A stretch of 53,699 nt of DNA, taken from positions 1 to 53,699 of the forward strand of contig DAIOSV010000004.1 in the NCBI GenBank assembly GCA_036752345.1, given 5' to 3'. This document shows, in pieces, positions 1 through 9,310 of this stretch. A model generated the notes under the pieces. The model was not told the DNA's origin. It did no database searches and saw only the letters and a program-made list of their open reading frames with translations. Source of the DNA: Bacteroidales bacterium. Lineage in GTDB: Bacteria > Bacteroidota > Bacteroidia > Bacteroidales > UBA1715. A program made the position numbers and the translations under genes. Each line of letters begins with the position of its first letter. Position 1 is the first letter of the stretch.

Positions 1-2
1 AC

Positions 3-1328
3 AATCGTTTTGAGGCATACGGCCATGTGCGCATTGTCAATAAAGACGTAACAGTATATGGCGATACATTATATTATAGTAGTTCGCAAAGCATGGCAAG
101 TTTGCGTGGTGACATTCGCATGATTCATGGGAAAATGACACTCACCACACATTTTCTTGATTATGATTTAAAAGAAAATATGGGCTATTATCGCGGCGGC
201 GGAAAAATCATAGACGAAACCAATATTCTTACAAGTAAAATAGGCCGATATTATGTAGACGATGCGATGTTGTTTTTCAAGAACGATGTGGTTCTTAAAA
301 ATCCAAACTACGTAATGAATACTGATACCTTAAAGTATAAGACAGGCACCAATGTCGCTTATTTTGTGGGGTCGACCGACGTAACAAGTCAAGAGAACGT
401 TATTCATACAGAAAATGGTTGGTACAACACCAAAGCAGATTTGGCGCAATTGTACAAGAATTCATATTTGCACAAAGGCTCTCACTATGTATATGGCGAC
501 GATATGTTTTACGATCGCAAGAAAGATGAAGGAACAATTCGGAAAAATGCAGTCATCAAAGATACTTCGGCAAAAATCACATTGTATTCCCAATATGGTT
601 TCTATGAAGGGAAGAAAAAATCGGTGTTCGTAACAAACAAAGTATTGGCTGTGAAAGCATTCAAAACCGATTCCTTGTATTTACATGCCGATAGTCTTTT
701 CTTGAATCAATATACGGTGGCTCGTAAAGATTCTGTTAAAACAGATTCTGTAACATACGAAGTGGTTACGGCATATCACAAAGTTCGATTTTATAAAAGT
801 GATATACAAGGAGTGTGTGATTCTGTTGTGTACAATGCCTTGGATTCAATGATATACCTTCGTTCAAATCCTATTATATGGTCCGACGAAAATCAAGTGA
901 CAGGGCTGGATATTCGCTTGAAGTTGGCAGAAAAAAATACACGTCTTGACCAGATTATCATTCAATCGGATGCCTTTGTGGTAGAGCAGTGCGACCACGA
1001 TAAGTTCAATCAAATGAAAGGGAAATCGCTTATAGGATACCTTAAAAATAACGAGATATATCGTCTTGATATATTTCAAAATGGTGAAACATTATACTAT
1101 ATGAAAGACGGCGATGACTTTGTTGGGGTGAATAAGGCTGTGTGTAGTGATATTTCGGTCTATTTGAAGCACGGCAAAATAGACCAAATAGTATTTAAAA
1201 ATAAGCCTGAAGGAACGTTCAGTCCGGTAGAACAATTTCCTAAGAAGATGGCAAAATTTGACAAATTCCAATGGTATGATACAGTTCGTCCGGTTGATGC
1301 AAAAGATGTTTTTAACTGGCGAAAATAA
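3..1328 (+). CDS. OstA-like (LptD N-terminal-like) domain protein, 5' end outside the window
   Basis: The frame stays open to base 3 (NRFEAYGH precedes the GTG chosen by the ORF track), so the true start lies upstream of the window. The protein has a repeated short beta-strand pattern (VTVYGDTLYY, DIRMIHGKMTL, NVAYFVGSTDV) like Bacteroidota OstA-like proteins. It ends about 20 nt before a bidirectional terminator. The family call is pattern recognition only. Confidence 0.5.
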   Translation, partial: NRFEAYGHVRIVNKDVTVYGDTLYYSSSQSMASLRGDIRMIHGKMTLTTHFLDYDLKENMGYYRGGGKIIDETNILTSKIGRYYVDDAMLFFKNDVVLKNPNYVMNTDTLKYKTGTNVAYFVGSTDVTSQENVIHTENGWYNTKADLAQLYKNSYLHKGSHYVYGDDMFYDRKKDEGTIRKNAVIKDTSAKITLYSQYGFYEGKKKSVFVTNKVLAVKAFKTDSLYLHADSLFLNQYTVARKDSVKTDSVTYEVVTAYHKVRFYKSDIQGVCDSVVYNALDSMIYLRSNPIIWSDENQVTGLDIRLKLAEKNTRLDQIIIQSDAFVVEQCDHDKFNQMKGKSLIGYLKNNEIYRLDIFQNGETLYYMKDGDDFVGVNKAVCSDISVYLKHGKIDQIVFKNKPEGTFSPVEQFPKKMAKFDKFQWYDTVRPVDAKDVFNWRK

Positions 1329-1346
1329 ACGGTAATTTTTGAGCAT

Positions 1347-1376
1347 AAAAAAAGGCGGTTAATACCGCCTTTTTTG
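1347..1376. terminator. bidirectional rho-independent terminator between the OstA-like gene and tkt
   Basis: An A-run is followed by a GGCGG (1354-1358) / CCGCC (1365-1369) stem with a TTAATA loop and then a T-run. It sits between convergent genes. Confidence 0.6.
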
Positions 1377-1390
1377 TTTTCTATCACGTA

Positions 1391-3439
1391 TTACTTTTTA
1401 TACTCTTTCAAGTATTCAAGTACTTGGTTTACAATGTTTTCTTTGGTGTAACCAAATTTTTCATCTAATACCGTGTATGGTGCAGAAAAACCAAAGTGAT
1501 TCAATCCCCAAACTTTGCCTTGAGCACCAACAAGTCCTTGCATATTGGTTGACAAACCGGCTGTAACACCGAATGTTGGTTTGTTTGACGGAATAACTTT
1601 TTCTTGGTATTCCTTATTTTGGTCTCTAAATAGTCCTTCGGAAGGTGCAGAAACCACTTGAACGCTTAGCCCATGTTGTTGCTCAAGTATGAGCGATGCT
1701 TCAAAAATAGTACTAACTTCTGAACCATTGGCAACTAATACAACGTCAATTGCTTTTTTCGGTTCGTTCACAATGTATGCACCGAATTGAGCTTGTTTAG
1801 CATCGTTGTATCGAGTAGAACCTTGTTTTGCCGGTATGTCATTCACAACTTGACGAGAGAAAATCAATCCCGTTGGGCGGTCGTTAGTTCTCATTGCAAT
1901 TTCCCAACAAACTGTTGCTTCTTGCGCATCAGCCGGGCGAAGAGCTAAGAAACTTCGTTTGCCGCTATGGTTGTACACCTGTTCCATCAAACGAATTTGT
2001 GCTTCTTGTTCTATTGGTTGGTGAGTAGGTCCGTCTTCGCCTACGCGGAATGCATCATGAGTCCAAAGGTATTTCACCGGAAGTTCCATGAGTGCCGAAA
2101 TACGAATTGCCGGTTTCATGTAGTCGGAGAATACGAAGAATGTACCGCATGCAGTGAAAAGTCCACCATGAAGAACAATACCGTTCATGATTGAAGCCAT
2201 GGTAAGTTCTGCCACGCCCGATTCAAGGAATTTTCCTGAAAAATCATCTTTTGTGATGGCTTGTGTTTTTTTCAAGAAGCCGTCGGTGTTGTCGCTGTTT
2301 GATAAATCGGCAGAAGAACAAATCATGTTATCAAGTTGTTCTGCTAAATATCCAAGCACCGTTTTTGATGCAGTACGTGTGGCAACGTTTGGCTTTTGCT
2401 CTATTTTTGAAAAATCAATGGTTGAAGGTAATTCTCCAGACATGAAATGTGCAAATTTCTTTGCCAATTCGGGGTTTGCTTGTTCCCAAGCTTGTTGTTC
2501 TGCTTTACGATTTTGGGCTTGCGCTGTTTTTTCAGCAACAACGTTTTTCCAATATTCTTGTACATCAGCAAAAACCGCAAATGGATTTTGTGCGTCACCG
2601 TCAAGATTTGCAATTGTTTTTTCAACAGAAGCGCCAGCTTTGCTTACTGGTTGTCCGTGAGTAGATGTTTGTCCTTCAAACGAATTTCCTTCGGCATCAA
2701 GTAGGCCTTTGCCCATAATTGTTTTGCCAATGATAAGTGAAGGTTGTCCTTTTTCTTCGTTAGCCCATTTAAGTGCTGTGCGAATTTCATCGTGGTCGTT
2801 GCCGTTGATTATGATAACTCGCCAGCCCCATGCTTCATATTTCTTTGCTGTATCTTCGCTCGAAACTACATTGGTATGAGTTGAAAGTTGAATGTCATTG
2901 GAATCGTAGAACATGATAAGATTGTCCAATCCGAGATGCCCTGCAATACGGCCTGCGCCTTGTGAAATCTCTTCTTGAATGCCACCATCAGAAATGAATG
3001 TGTAGATTTTATGGTGCATCCAATCTCCAAAACGTTGGCGAAGAAATTTCTCAGCAATAGCAGCACCAACTCCCATTGTGTGGCCTTGCCCCAATGGACC
3101 TGATGTGTTTTCTATACCAATGGCATGATTTACTTCAGGATGTCCGGCTGTAATGCTTCCCCATTGACGGAAATTTTTAAGGTCATCAATTGTGAGGGCA
3201 CCTATCATACACAATGTTGAATAAAGCATTGGTGACATGTGTCCCGGGTCAAGAAAAAATCTATCTCTGTTTGCCCACGATAAGTTTGTTGGGTCATATT
3301 GAAGAAATTCCGAGTAGAGAACGGAAATAAAATCCATTCCGCCCATTGCTCCTCCAGGATGGCCTGATTTTGCTTTCTCAACCATGGATAGTGCTAAAAT
3401 TCGCATATTGTCGGCAGAACGTTCTGATATAGTTTTCAT
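1391..3439 (-). CDS. tkt: transketolase
   Basis: 682 aa and full length. It has the ThDP-binding N-terminus SGHPGGAMGGMDF, plus HMSPMLYS, GPLGQGHTMGVG and FISDGGIQEEISQGA, followed by the pyrimidine-binding and C-terminal transketolase regions. Confidence 0.95.
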   Translation of the reverse strand: MKTISERSADNMRILALSMVEKAKSGHPGGAMGGMDFISVLYSEFLQYDPTNLSWANRDRFFLDPGHMSPMLYSTLCMIGALTIDDLKNFRQWGSITAGHPEVNHAIGIENTSGPLGQGHTMGVGAAIAEKFLRQRFGDWMHHKIYTFISDGGIQEEISQGAGRIAGHLGLDNLIMFYDSNDIQLSTHTNVVSSEDTAKKYEAWGWRVIIINGNDHDEIRTALKWANEEKGQPSLIIGKTIMGKGLLDAEGNSFEGQTSTHGQPVSKAGASVEKTIANLDGDAQNPFAVFADVQEYWKNVVAEKTAQAQNRKAEQQAWEQANPELAKKFAHFMSGELPSTIDFSKIEQKPNVATRTASKTVLGYLAEQLDNMICSSADLSNSDNTDGFLKKTQAITKDDFSGKFLESGVAELTMASIMNGIVLHGGLFTACGTFFVFSDYMKPAIRISALMELPVKYLWTHDAFRVGEDGPTHQPIEQEAQIRLMEQVYNHSGKRSFLALRPADAQEATVCWEIAMRTNDRPTGLIFSRQVVNDIPAKQGSTRYNDAKQAQFGAYIVNEPKKAIDVVLVANGSEVSTIFEASLILEQQHGLSVQVVSAPSEGLFRDQNKEYQEKVIPSNKPTFGVTAGLSTNMQGLVGAQGKVWGLNHFGFSAPYTVLDEKFGYTKENIVNQVLEYLKEYKK

Positions 3440-3560
3440 GTCTTACTTTTATAAAATTTTGCTGCAAGGTACTTTCTTTTATTGAAAATGCCGGTACTGC
3501 TTTTGCGAAATTATACACAACTTATTCAACAAATTTGTACTTTTATGAAAAATTTGTCGT

Positions 3561-4772
3561 ATGGAACAAATGTCGGAATGGTTTTCTTTTGGAGAAGGTG
3601 CCCATTTACCTCAAGAAAAAATGGTTGAACTTGCTCATAAATCGCATCCTTTGGTTTTGGGACTTCCTGTGGAATTTGAATCGGATGAACGCCGTATAGC
3701 ATTGACACCGCAGGCAGTGAATGTTTTTGTGAATCAGGGTGTGGTGGTTTTGAAAGAGCGCGAGGCGGGTTCCAAGGCAAATTATTCTGATGCTGACTAC
3801 GCTGAAGCAGGAGCTACTATTTGTGCATCAAAAGAAGATGTGTATAAATGTGATGTATTGTTGAAAATTGGAACTATAACTGAACAAGAGCTTCCATTTA
3901 TTCACGACAAACAAATAATTTTTTCGACCATATCGTTTCAAAAACTCACAAAATCCATATTGAGCGCATTGGCGCGTAAACACGTTACGGCAATTGGCTA
4001 CGAATTTGTTCACGATGGGAATGAATATTATCCAATATTGCATTCGATGAACGAAATTTCTGGAACGCTTTCGGTACTTGTAGCTGCAGAGTGTTTAACA
4101 AATAATGAAGTTGGAAAAAGCGTCTTGCTTGGTGGTGTTACCGGTATAAGTCCGGCTGAAGTCGTCATATTTGGTGCTAACACTGCTGGTGAATTTGCGG
4201 CTCGTGCAGCTCTCGGGCTCGGTGCCGAAGTGAAATTGTTCGATTCGTGTATGCAACGATTAACTTCGGTGCAGCAGGTTTTATCGCAACGATTATTTAC
4301 TTCAAATTACCATGAAAAAGTGCTCCGTAAGGCGTTACTCTCTGCCGATGTGGTGATAGGTGCAATTTGTCTTGAATCCAGTGACCAATATATGGTAGTG
4401 GAGGACATGGTAAAAAGCATGAAGCGTGGGGCTATAATCGTTGATTTGTGCATGAATCAAGGTGGTTGTTTTGAAACATCAAGGCCTACAACCTTTGAAA
4501 ATCCTACGTTTGTAAAATACAATGTCGTTCATTATTGCGTTCCAAATTTAGCTTCAAAAGCTGCTCGCACAGCTTCTATAGCGTTGAGCAATATTCTAAT
4601 GCCAATGGTGCAAAATGTTTTAAATAGTGGAGCGTTTTATACTTTCTTAAAGCAGAACTTATATGCTCGCCGTGGTGTGTACATGTACAATGGCATTATT
4701 ACTAATGACAATGTAGCACGCGTCTATGGCTTGAACAGTAAAAGCATTGATTTGCTTTTGGCGGCTTTTTAA
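3561..4772 (+). CDS. alanine dehydrogenase / PNT-alpha family NAD-dependent dehydrogenase
   Basis: 403 aa. It has an RIALTPQAV N-terminal motif and the Rossmann segment VVIFGANTAGEFAARAALGLGAEVKLFD, typical of the AlaDH/PNT family. It has an ATG start. Confidence 0.75.
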   Translation: MEQMSEWFSFGEGAHLPQEKMVELAHKSHPLVLGLPVEFESDERRIALTPQAVNVFVNQGVVVLKEREAGSKANYSDADYAEAGATICASKEDVYKCDVLLKIGTITEQELPFIHDKQIIFSTISFQKLTKSILSALARKHVTAIGYEFVHDGNEYYPILHSMNEISGTLSVLVAAECLTNNEVGKSVLLGGVTGISPAEVVIFGANTAGEFAARAALGLGAEVKLFDSCMQRLTSVQQVLSQRLFTSNYHEKVLRKALLSADVVIGAICLESSDQYMVVEDMVKSMKRGAIIVDLCMNQGGCFETSRPTTFENPTFVKYNVVHYCVPNLASKAARTASIALSNILMPMVQNVLNSGAFYTFLKQNLYARRGVYMYNGIITNDNVARVYGLNSKSIDLLLAAF

Positions 4773-4834
4773 GCGTCGTCTTTTGCTTTGCTTTTATTTA
4801 CGAGGATTACACCGGTAAATACCAATCCTGCAGC
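4731..4834. repeat. left copy of a 104-nt direct repeat (ald 3' end plus eamA 3' end)
   Basis: It differs from 9207-9310 at only 4 positions by manual alignment. It covers the last 14 codons of ald (GLNSKSIDLLLAAF*) and, on the other strand, the C-terminal codons of an EamA-type gene. Confidence 0.9.
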
Positions 4835-5070
4835 AAATATTTTCTGCCAATTCAAAATATCCATTTTCAAAATGATGCTCATAATAGCGGCTATAATCTT
4901 TTTTCTCAGGATGCTCTTTGGATAAAAGAAGCGAAACAATCCAAAAACAAAGTATTGCATCTATGGCACGTAGGCAAAAAATGCCCATGGATGAAATTAT
5001 GCGTGCAACAACAAGATTTTTGCAGAAAAAAACTATTAACCCCAAATATGGTTTATTGCAAATACAAGAT
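4769..5070 (-). pseudogene. internally deleted, frameshifted EamA/DMT transporter remnant
   Basis: ORF-track fragments 4769-4960 and 4794-5045 lie in different frames. They match the C-terminus (..MDILNWQKIFAAGLVFTGVILVNKSKAKDDA) and N-terminal part (..NLVVARIISSMGIFCLRAIDAILCFWIVSLLLSKE) of the intact gene at 9245-10150. The equivalent of roughly 9380-9950 is missing. Confidence 0.85.
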
Positions 5071-5091
5071 ATTTTTTATAATTATATTGTA

Positions 5092-5120
5092 TAAAAGTCA
5101 GAAAATGTGCATTTTGTGAC
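5092..5120 (-). terminator. rho-independent terminator of the island operon
   Basis: On the minus strand, directly after the S8 stop codon, the sequence reads GTCACAAAATG-CAC-ATTTTCTGAC (one mismatch) followed by TTTTAT. Confidence 0.55.
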
Positions 5121-7607
5121 TTAGTTAGTTTTTATAAAGACTTTTCTGTAAAGTTCTTTGTTGTCTTTAATGCTTACAATGTAATATCCATTAGTGTAAT
5201 GCGAAATATTAATGCAAGTTTCTTTATTTGTGGTTTTTAGCTCATCAATTTTATCTCCTACACTGTTCGTAATTGTAATAGTTAATTCGCGTTCGTCTAA
5301 TTCATTATTATATCTCACGATTATCTCATTTTTCGCAGGATTTGGGTATAGAATTACGGGGCTTTGGTTTTCCTCATTACTCATAGAGATTGGAATTTCT
5401 TCGTTATAGTTTTTTAACATAGACGCTTCTGATATCATCAGTTCAGATGAATCCTTTGTAATGTTCCTATTGTTCTCACAGGAAACAAAAGGTTCAGCCT
5501 TTGCGTGAAATATGCCCGTTGAAGTTGGTTTTATGCTTGTTTCTGCATTAAATACAATTTCCTCTCCAGCTCGCAGTTCCACATTGGAGTTGCCTTGTAC
5601 TGTGAAATTTGACATGTCAAGTTTTTCTATTGCGGTACGATTGTATGTTGTATTATTGACTATTTTATTTGAAACATATATAATAGGATTGGTGTCATCA
5701 TAAACTATATATTTGAACCACACATCGTTGCTTGGAATATATGTTTGCACGCCGTTATTTGTAACAATCTTGTATTTCCATGTTTTCAGGTCTGCCGATG
5801 TATGTGTTATGTTTGAAATGGTGTAATAATTATTTCCTTGATTAGGATTTGCAGCCGAAAAGCCGTTGGTAGAAACTTGTATGATAGGATTTTCTGTATA
5901 TGGGAACGTGATAGTTTTTGTTACTTCATATTGTTGAACAGAATACGTACCTGATGACAAACCAGTGCAATTACCATTGGATAAAATCCATTGGAAATTG
6001 GAGGTTGGTTGCCCAACAATGCCAGTCACCTGATTTTCGTAAACTAACCCTAAAGCCATCAGGATGGCTTTATATGCATTTATTCTCCCGTAACCAACTT
6101 CTTGGTTCCAAAATCCGTATGTCGAGTTACAGTATTTGTAATCTGACAGTTTGTCGCAACTCTTACATAGTATGGCACGTGCTTCTGTTGCTGTCAAACA
6201 GGGATTTACTGACAAAATTAACGCCATAACTCCTGCCGCATGGGGACAAGCGGCGGAAGTGCCACTGAAATTATTAGTATAATCTGTGGTTGAGTATCCA
6301 TTAACTCCTGTAATATCAGTGGTATAGATATTATAATATCCTCCTGGTGCTACAAGGTCTATATCATCACCATAATTTGAGTAGACTTCTCTTTGATCTT
6401 TGTTGGAAGATGCACCAACTGCAATTGTATTTGGTAGTTTTGCAGGATAAGCAACTTCATTGTTCGAATCATTGCCTGTTGAAAAAAGAACAGGACATCC
6501 TAAACCATTTCGTCCTTCTGAATTTGCATAATTTATTGCATTTGTGATTGCTGTACTTGGATTATTTACGTGCCAAGAATTGCTTATTATATCTGCATTG
6601 CCATATAAAGTAGCCCAATTTATTGCATCAGCCAGAATTTGAGATGTTGAAGAACTGCCCCAACCAGTATGAATAGGTATTAAATGGCAACGAGGAGCAA
6701 CCCCAGCAATTCCAATATTATTATCCTTTACTGCAGCAATAATACCAGCACAAGCTGTACCATGCTTTTCGTTGATGTTTAAATAACCTCCTGCAGTTCC
6801 ATTACCTGTTGCATCATAGCCCGATTCAAGATTAGGTAACAAATCAGGATGAATTAAATCAACACCTTCATCTACAACTGCAATTCTAATTGATGGTGAA
6901 CCTTCAGTGATATTCCATGCTGGCTCAACATTGATATCAGCCCCAATAAAGCCATCCCCTTGTCCTGTATTTTTTAATGTCCATTGATTACTATAAAAAA
7001 CATCATTTGATTGAAAAATATCAACCATGAAGAAATTCGGTTCTGAAAATTCAAATAACCCTGTTTCAAAAAATATATTTGCAAGTTGCAAAGCATTTAG
7101 TTGTTTTTTCGGAGGGACAGACAATAAAAACTGTTTTTTTACAAAATCATCTTCTTTAATTATGTTACAAGAATATTTATCTAATAATTTCTCAAGCTCT
7201 ACAATAGATACATCTAATTTTAGTTTGACAACAAATTCATCAATAATCCCACATAAATTTCCGTTGTATTCCAACATTGGTTGCAAAGAAATCACTCCCG
7301 AAAGTTCACTAATTTTTTGAAGAGTTAACATTGGAATAGCAAGGCTATCATTAGATTCTATAATTACAAAAGGTATTCTTTCATCCATTATATCATCTTG
7401 ATTGTAGATAGAAATATTCTCTTTTTTAATTATATTTAACAAATCAGAAATATCGCATTGTTTAGATTTTTTAATTACTACTTTATTTGTTTTTTCTTCA
7501 AGAATAATTTTTTCCTCACCATAATAATACCAATTTTGAGCTTGGACATTATACTGTAGGAGCAATGTTAATGCACATATTAGATATCTTAAAATCTTTT
7601 TTTTCAT
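5121..7607 (-). CDS. secreted subtilisin-like S8 serine peptidase with T9SS C-terminal sorting domain
   Basis: 828 aa with a signal peptide (LLQYNVQAQ). The catalytic triad motifs are IAVVDEGVD (Asp), HGTACAGIIAA (His) and GTSAACPHAAGV (Ser). The C-terminus, ILYPNPAKNEIIVRY...GYYIVSIKDNKELYRKVFIK, is a typical T9SS type A sorting domain. Confidence 0.9.
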   Translation of the reverse strand: MKKKILRYLICALTLLLQYNVQAQNWYYYGEEKIILEEKTNKVVIKKSKQCDISDLLNIIKKENISIYNQDDIMDERIPFVIIESNDSLAIPMLTLQKISELSGVISLQPMLEYNGNLCGIIDEFVVKLKLDVSIVELEKLLDKYSCNIIKEDDFVKKQFLLSVPPKKQLNALQLANIFFETGLFEFSEPNFFMVDIFQSNDVFYSNQWTLKNTGQGDGFIGADINVEPAWNITEGSPSIRIAVVDEGVDLIHPDLLPNLESGYDATGNGTAGGYLNINEKHGTACAGIIAAVKDNNIGIAGVAPRCHLIPIHTGWGSSSTSQILADAINWATLYGNADIISNSWHVNNPSTAITNAINYANSEGRNGLGCPVLFSTGNDSNNEVAYPAKLPNTIAVGASSNKDQREVYSNYGDDIDLVAPGGYYNIYTTDITGVNGYSTTDYTNNFSGTSAACPHAAGVMALILSVNPCLTATEARAILCKSCDKLSDYKYCNSTYGFWNQEVGYGRINAYKAILMALGLVYENQVTGIVGQPTSNFQWILSNGNCTGLSSGTYSVQQYEVTKTITFPYTENPIIQVSTNGFSAANPNQGNNYYTISNITHTSADLKTWKYKIVTNNGVQTYIPSNDVWFKYIVYDDTNPIIYVSNKIVNNTTYNRTAIEKLDMSNFTVQGNSNVELRAGEEIVFNAETSIKPTSTGIFHAKAEPFVSCENNRNITKDSSELMISEASMLKNYNEEIPISMSNEENQSPVILYPNPAKNEIIVRYNNELDERELTITITNSVGDKIDELKTTNKETCINISHYTNGYYIVSIKDNKELYRKVFIKTN

Positions 7608-7619
7608 AACGTTAATAAT

Positions 7620-8255
7620 TTAAAACATATAACCAACACCTAAATTTACCCCCCAAAACCTGTAGTTATAAGGGAATGTCAATGCGTTAATGATGTATTT
7701 TTCCGAAAGGACTTCACGATGATACGATAAACAATAGTATTGTATGTCTATCATCCAATTTTTTATAACATATCCACATTGAATACTTGGTTTTAATATA
7801 TATATAAACTTTGGCGCAATAGAATATTTATCGTCAAATTCAGGACACGTAAATACATTATAGTCACAAACTAAAGATAACTTTGGAACAATGCGGAAAT
7901 GAGTCGTATTTATATGATATGCCAGCGATATATTGAACAAGTGATTGTTATTTTTAAAAGCATATTCTCTTTTAGAGTAAATAAGCATACCATCAATTGC
8001 CACACCTGAAGATTTAATAAAATCATAGCCAACTCCAATACCTATATTCTTAAAGATTAACCTGTTGTAGCTTACATTAACACTCGGAGTAATCACATTC
8101 TTTTGAAATTCTGGCGAAACCGAAACTCCTTCCACAGTTACCGAAGGTCCTATGCTAAAACTTATGATATTATTTTTTTCAAATTCTTGTGCGACAAGAG
8201 AATAATTACTCAAAGAAAAGAACAATATATACACTATTTTCAGTCGTCCTCTCAT
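7620..8255 (-). CDS. small outer-membrane beta-barrel protein
   Basis: 211 aa with a signal peptide ending SLVAQ. It shows alternating amphipathic strands and an aromatic C-terminus (LGVGYMF). It lies 12 nt upstream of the S8 gene and 8 nt downstream of the preceding gene. Confidence 0.6.
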   Translation of the reverse strand: MRGRLKIVYILFFSLSNYSLVAQEFEKNNIISFSIGPSVTVEGVSVSPEFQKNVITPSVNVSYNRLIFKNIGIGVGYDFIKSSGVAIDGMLIYSKREYAFKNNNHLFNISLAYHINTTHFRIVPKLSLVCDYNVFTCPEFDDKYSIAPKFIYILKPSIQCGYVIKNWMIDIQYYCLSYHREVLSEKYIINALTFPYNYRFWGVNLGVGYMF

Positions 8256-8263
8256 TTCTATTT

Positions 8264-9157
8264 TTATTTGTTTCTTAATTCCTCAATCTGTTTCTGCAAA
8301 TCAATAATATATAGAGTTAGCTCTTCTATTTTTCTAAGTAGTAGGTCGTCCATTTCGCCAACTTTGTAGCCATTCTCTTTAAACTCCTTTGCTGAAGGCA
8401 CATCGGGAAGGTGCTTGTTTTCGTTCACAAATGTTTCCACTTCGTTGAGCGAACGTAGTTCATATTCTTTTTCAAACACGTAGTCAGACGAGGGAACGTC
8501 TGCCATTACTTTTAATTCCTCACAAATAATACCGCTGTTTACTGCCAATTTATAGGTCGATGAAGTTGTTGCTCCATTAACGGATACATTTGTCGGTTGT
8601 AATGTTGAAAAATAACCATACGTTGCTCTTACGGAATTTGATGCCTTTAGATTTTGTGCCACAACGGAATCTGTTGTAATAATTTTTCCATTGGAAGATA
8701 AAATTCCTTGGCTATTATAGATTAAATGATATCCGTCGTAATATGGATTACCTGTATAGAAACTAAAAGTACCATGTCCTATTGTTGTGCTGTTTGACGG
8801 AGCGGGAATATGACTTCCCATGTGGATACCGTCCCATTCAATGCTAACCCACTGCCATCGCCAATCATTGTTGTTGTACCTATACACTTTGTACCCCGAA
8901 GGAGTCCATTCCGAAAAAGGTGCGCCTACCGAATCGGGCATCATTCGTACCATACCATGTCTATATATTGTGTCTGCAGTTGTGGAACTTCCAGCCCATT
9001 GTTGTGCTATGGTTGTTGCTACAATAATGAACGATGCAAAAAATGTAAAGGTTCTTTTTATAAAAAATATTTTTAATATTGTTTTTATAAATACAAATAT
9101 AGTATTTTGTAAAATATTAGTCAATATAAAATACTTTTTTTTTGCTTGAGTCTTCAA
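8264..9157 (-). CDS. hypothetical secreted/surface protein with conserved Bacteroidota tail-fiber-like C-terminal module
   Basis: 297 aa with a hydrophobic N-terminal segment ending IVATTIAQQ. The C-terminal ~85 aa (SDYVFEKEYELRSLNEVETFVNENKHLPDVPSAKEFKENGYKVGEMDDLLLRKIEELTLYIIDLQKQIEEL) is a module I recognise from many Bacteroidota hypothetical proteins. Its function is unknown. Confidence 0.5.
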   Translation of the reverse strand: MKTQAKKKYFILTNILQNTIFVFIKTILKIFFIKRTFTFFASFIIVATTIAQQWAGSSTTADTIYRHGMVRMMPDSVGAPFSEWTPSGYKVYRYNNNDWRWQWVSIEWDGIHMGSHIPAPSNSTTIGHGTFSFYTGNPYYDGYHLIYNSQGILSSNGKIITTDSVVAQNLKASNSVRATYGYFSTLQPTNVSVNGATTSSTYKLAVNSGIICEELKVMADVPSSDYVFEKEYELRSLNEVETFVNENKHLPDVPSAKEFKENGYKVGEMDDLLLRKIEELTLYIIDLQKQIEELRNK

Positions 9158-9206
9158 TCATTTTTCTTTATTAGTCCTGCTGAGGTCGTGAATACGTATG
9201 TACGGG

Positions 9207-9310
9207 TTGAATAGTAAAAGCATTGATTTGCTTTTGGCCGCTTTTTAAGCGTCGTCTTTCGCTTTGCTCTTATTTACGAGGATTACACCGGTAAATACCA
9301 ATCCTGCAGC
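9207..9310. repeat. right copy of the 104-nt direct repeat (orphan ald 3' remnant plus eamA 3' end)
   Basis: It carries an orphan copy of the last 14 ald codons (GGGTTGAATAGTAAAAGC...TTTTAA, the same peptide GLNSKSIDLLLAAF*) with no ald body upstream. It has 4 mismatches to 4731-4834. Confidence 0.9.
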
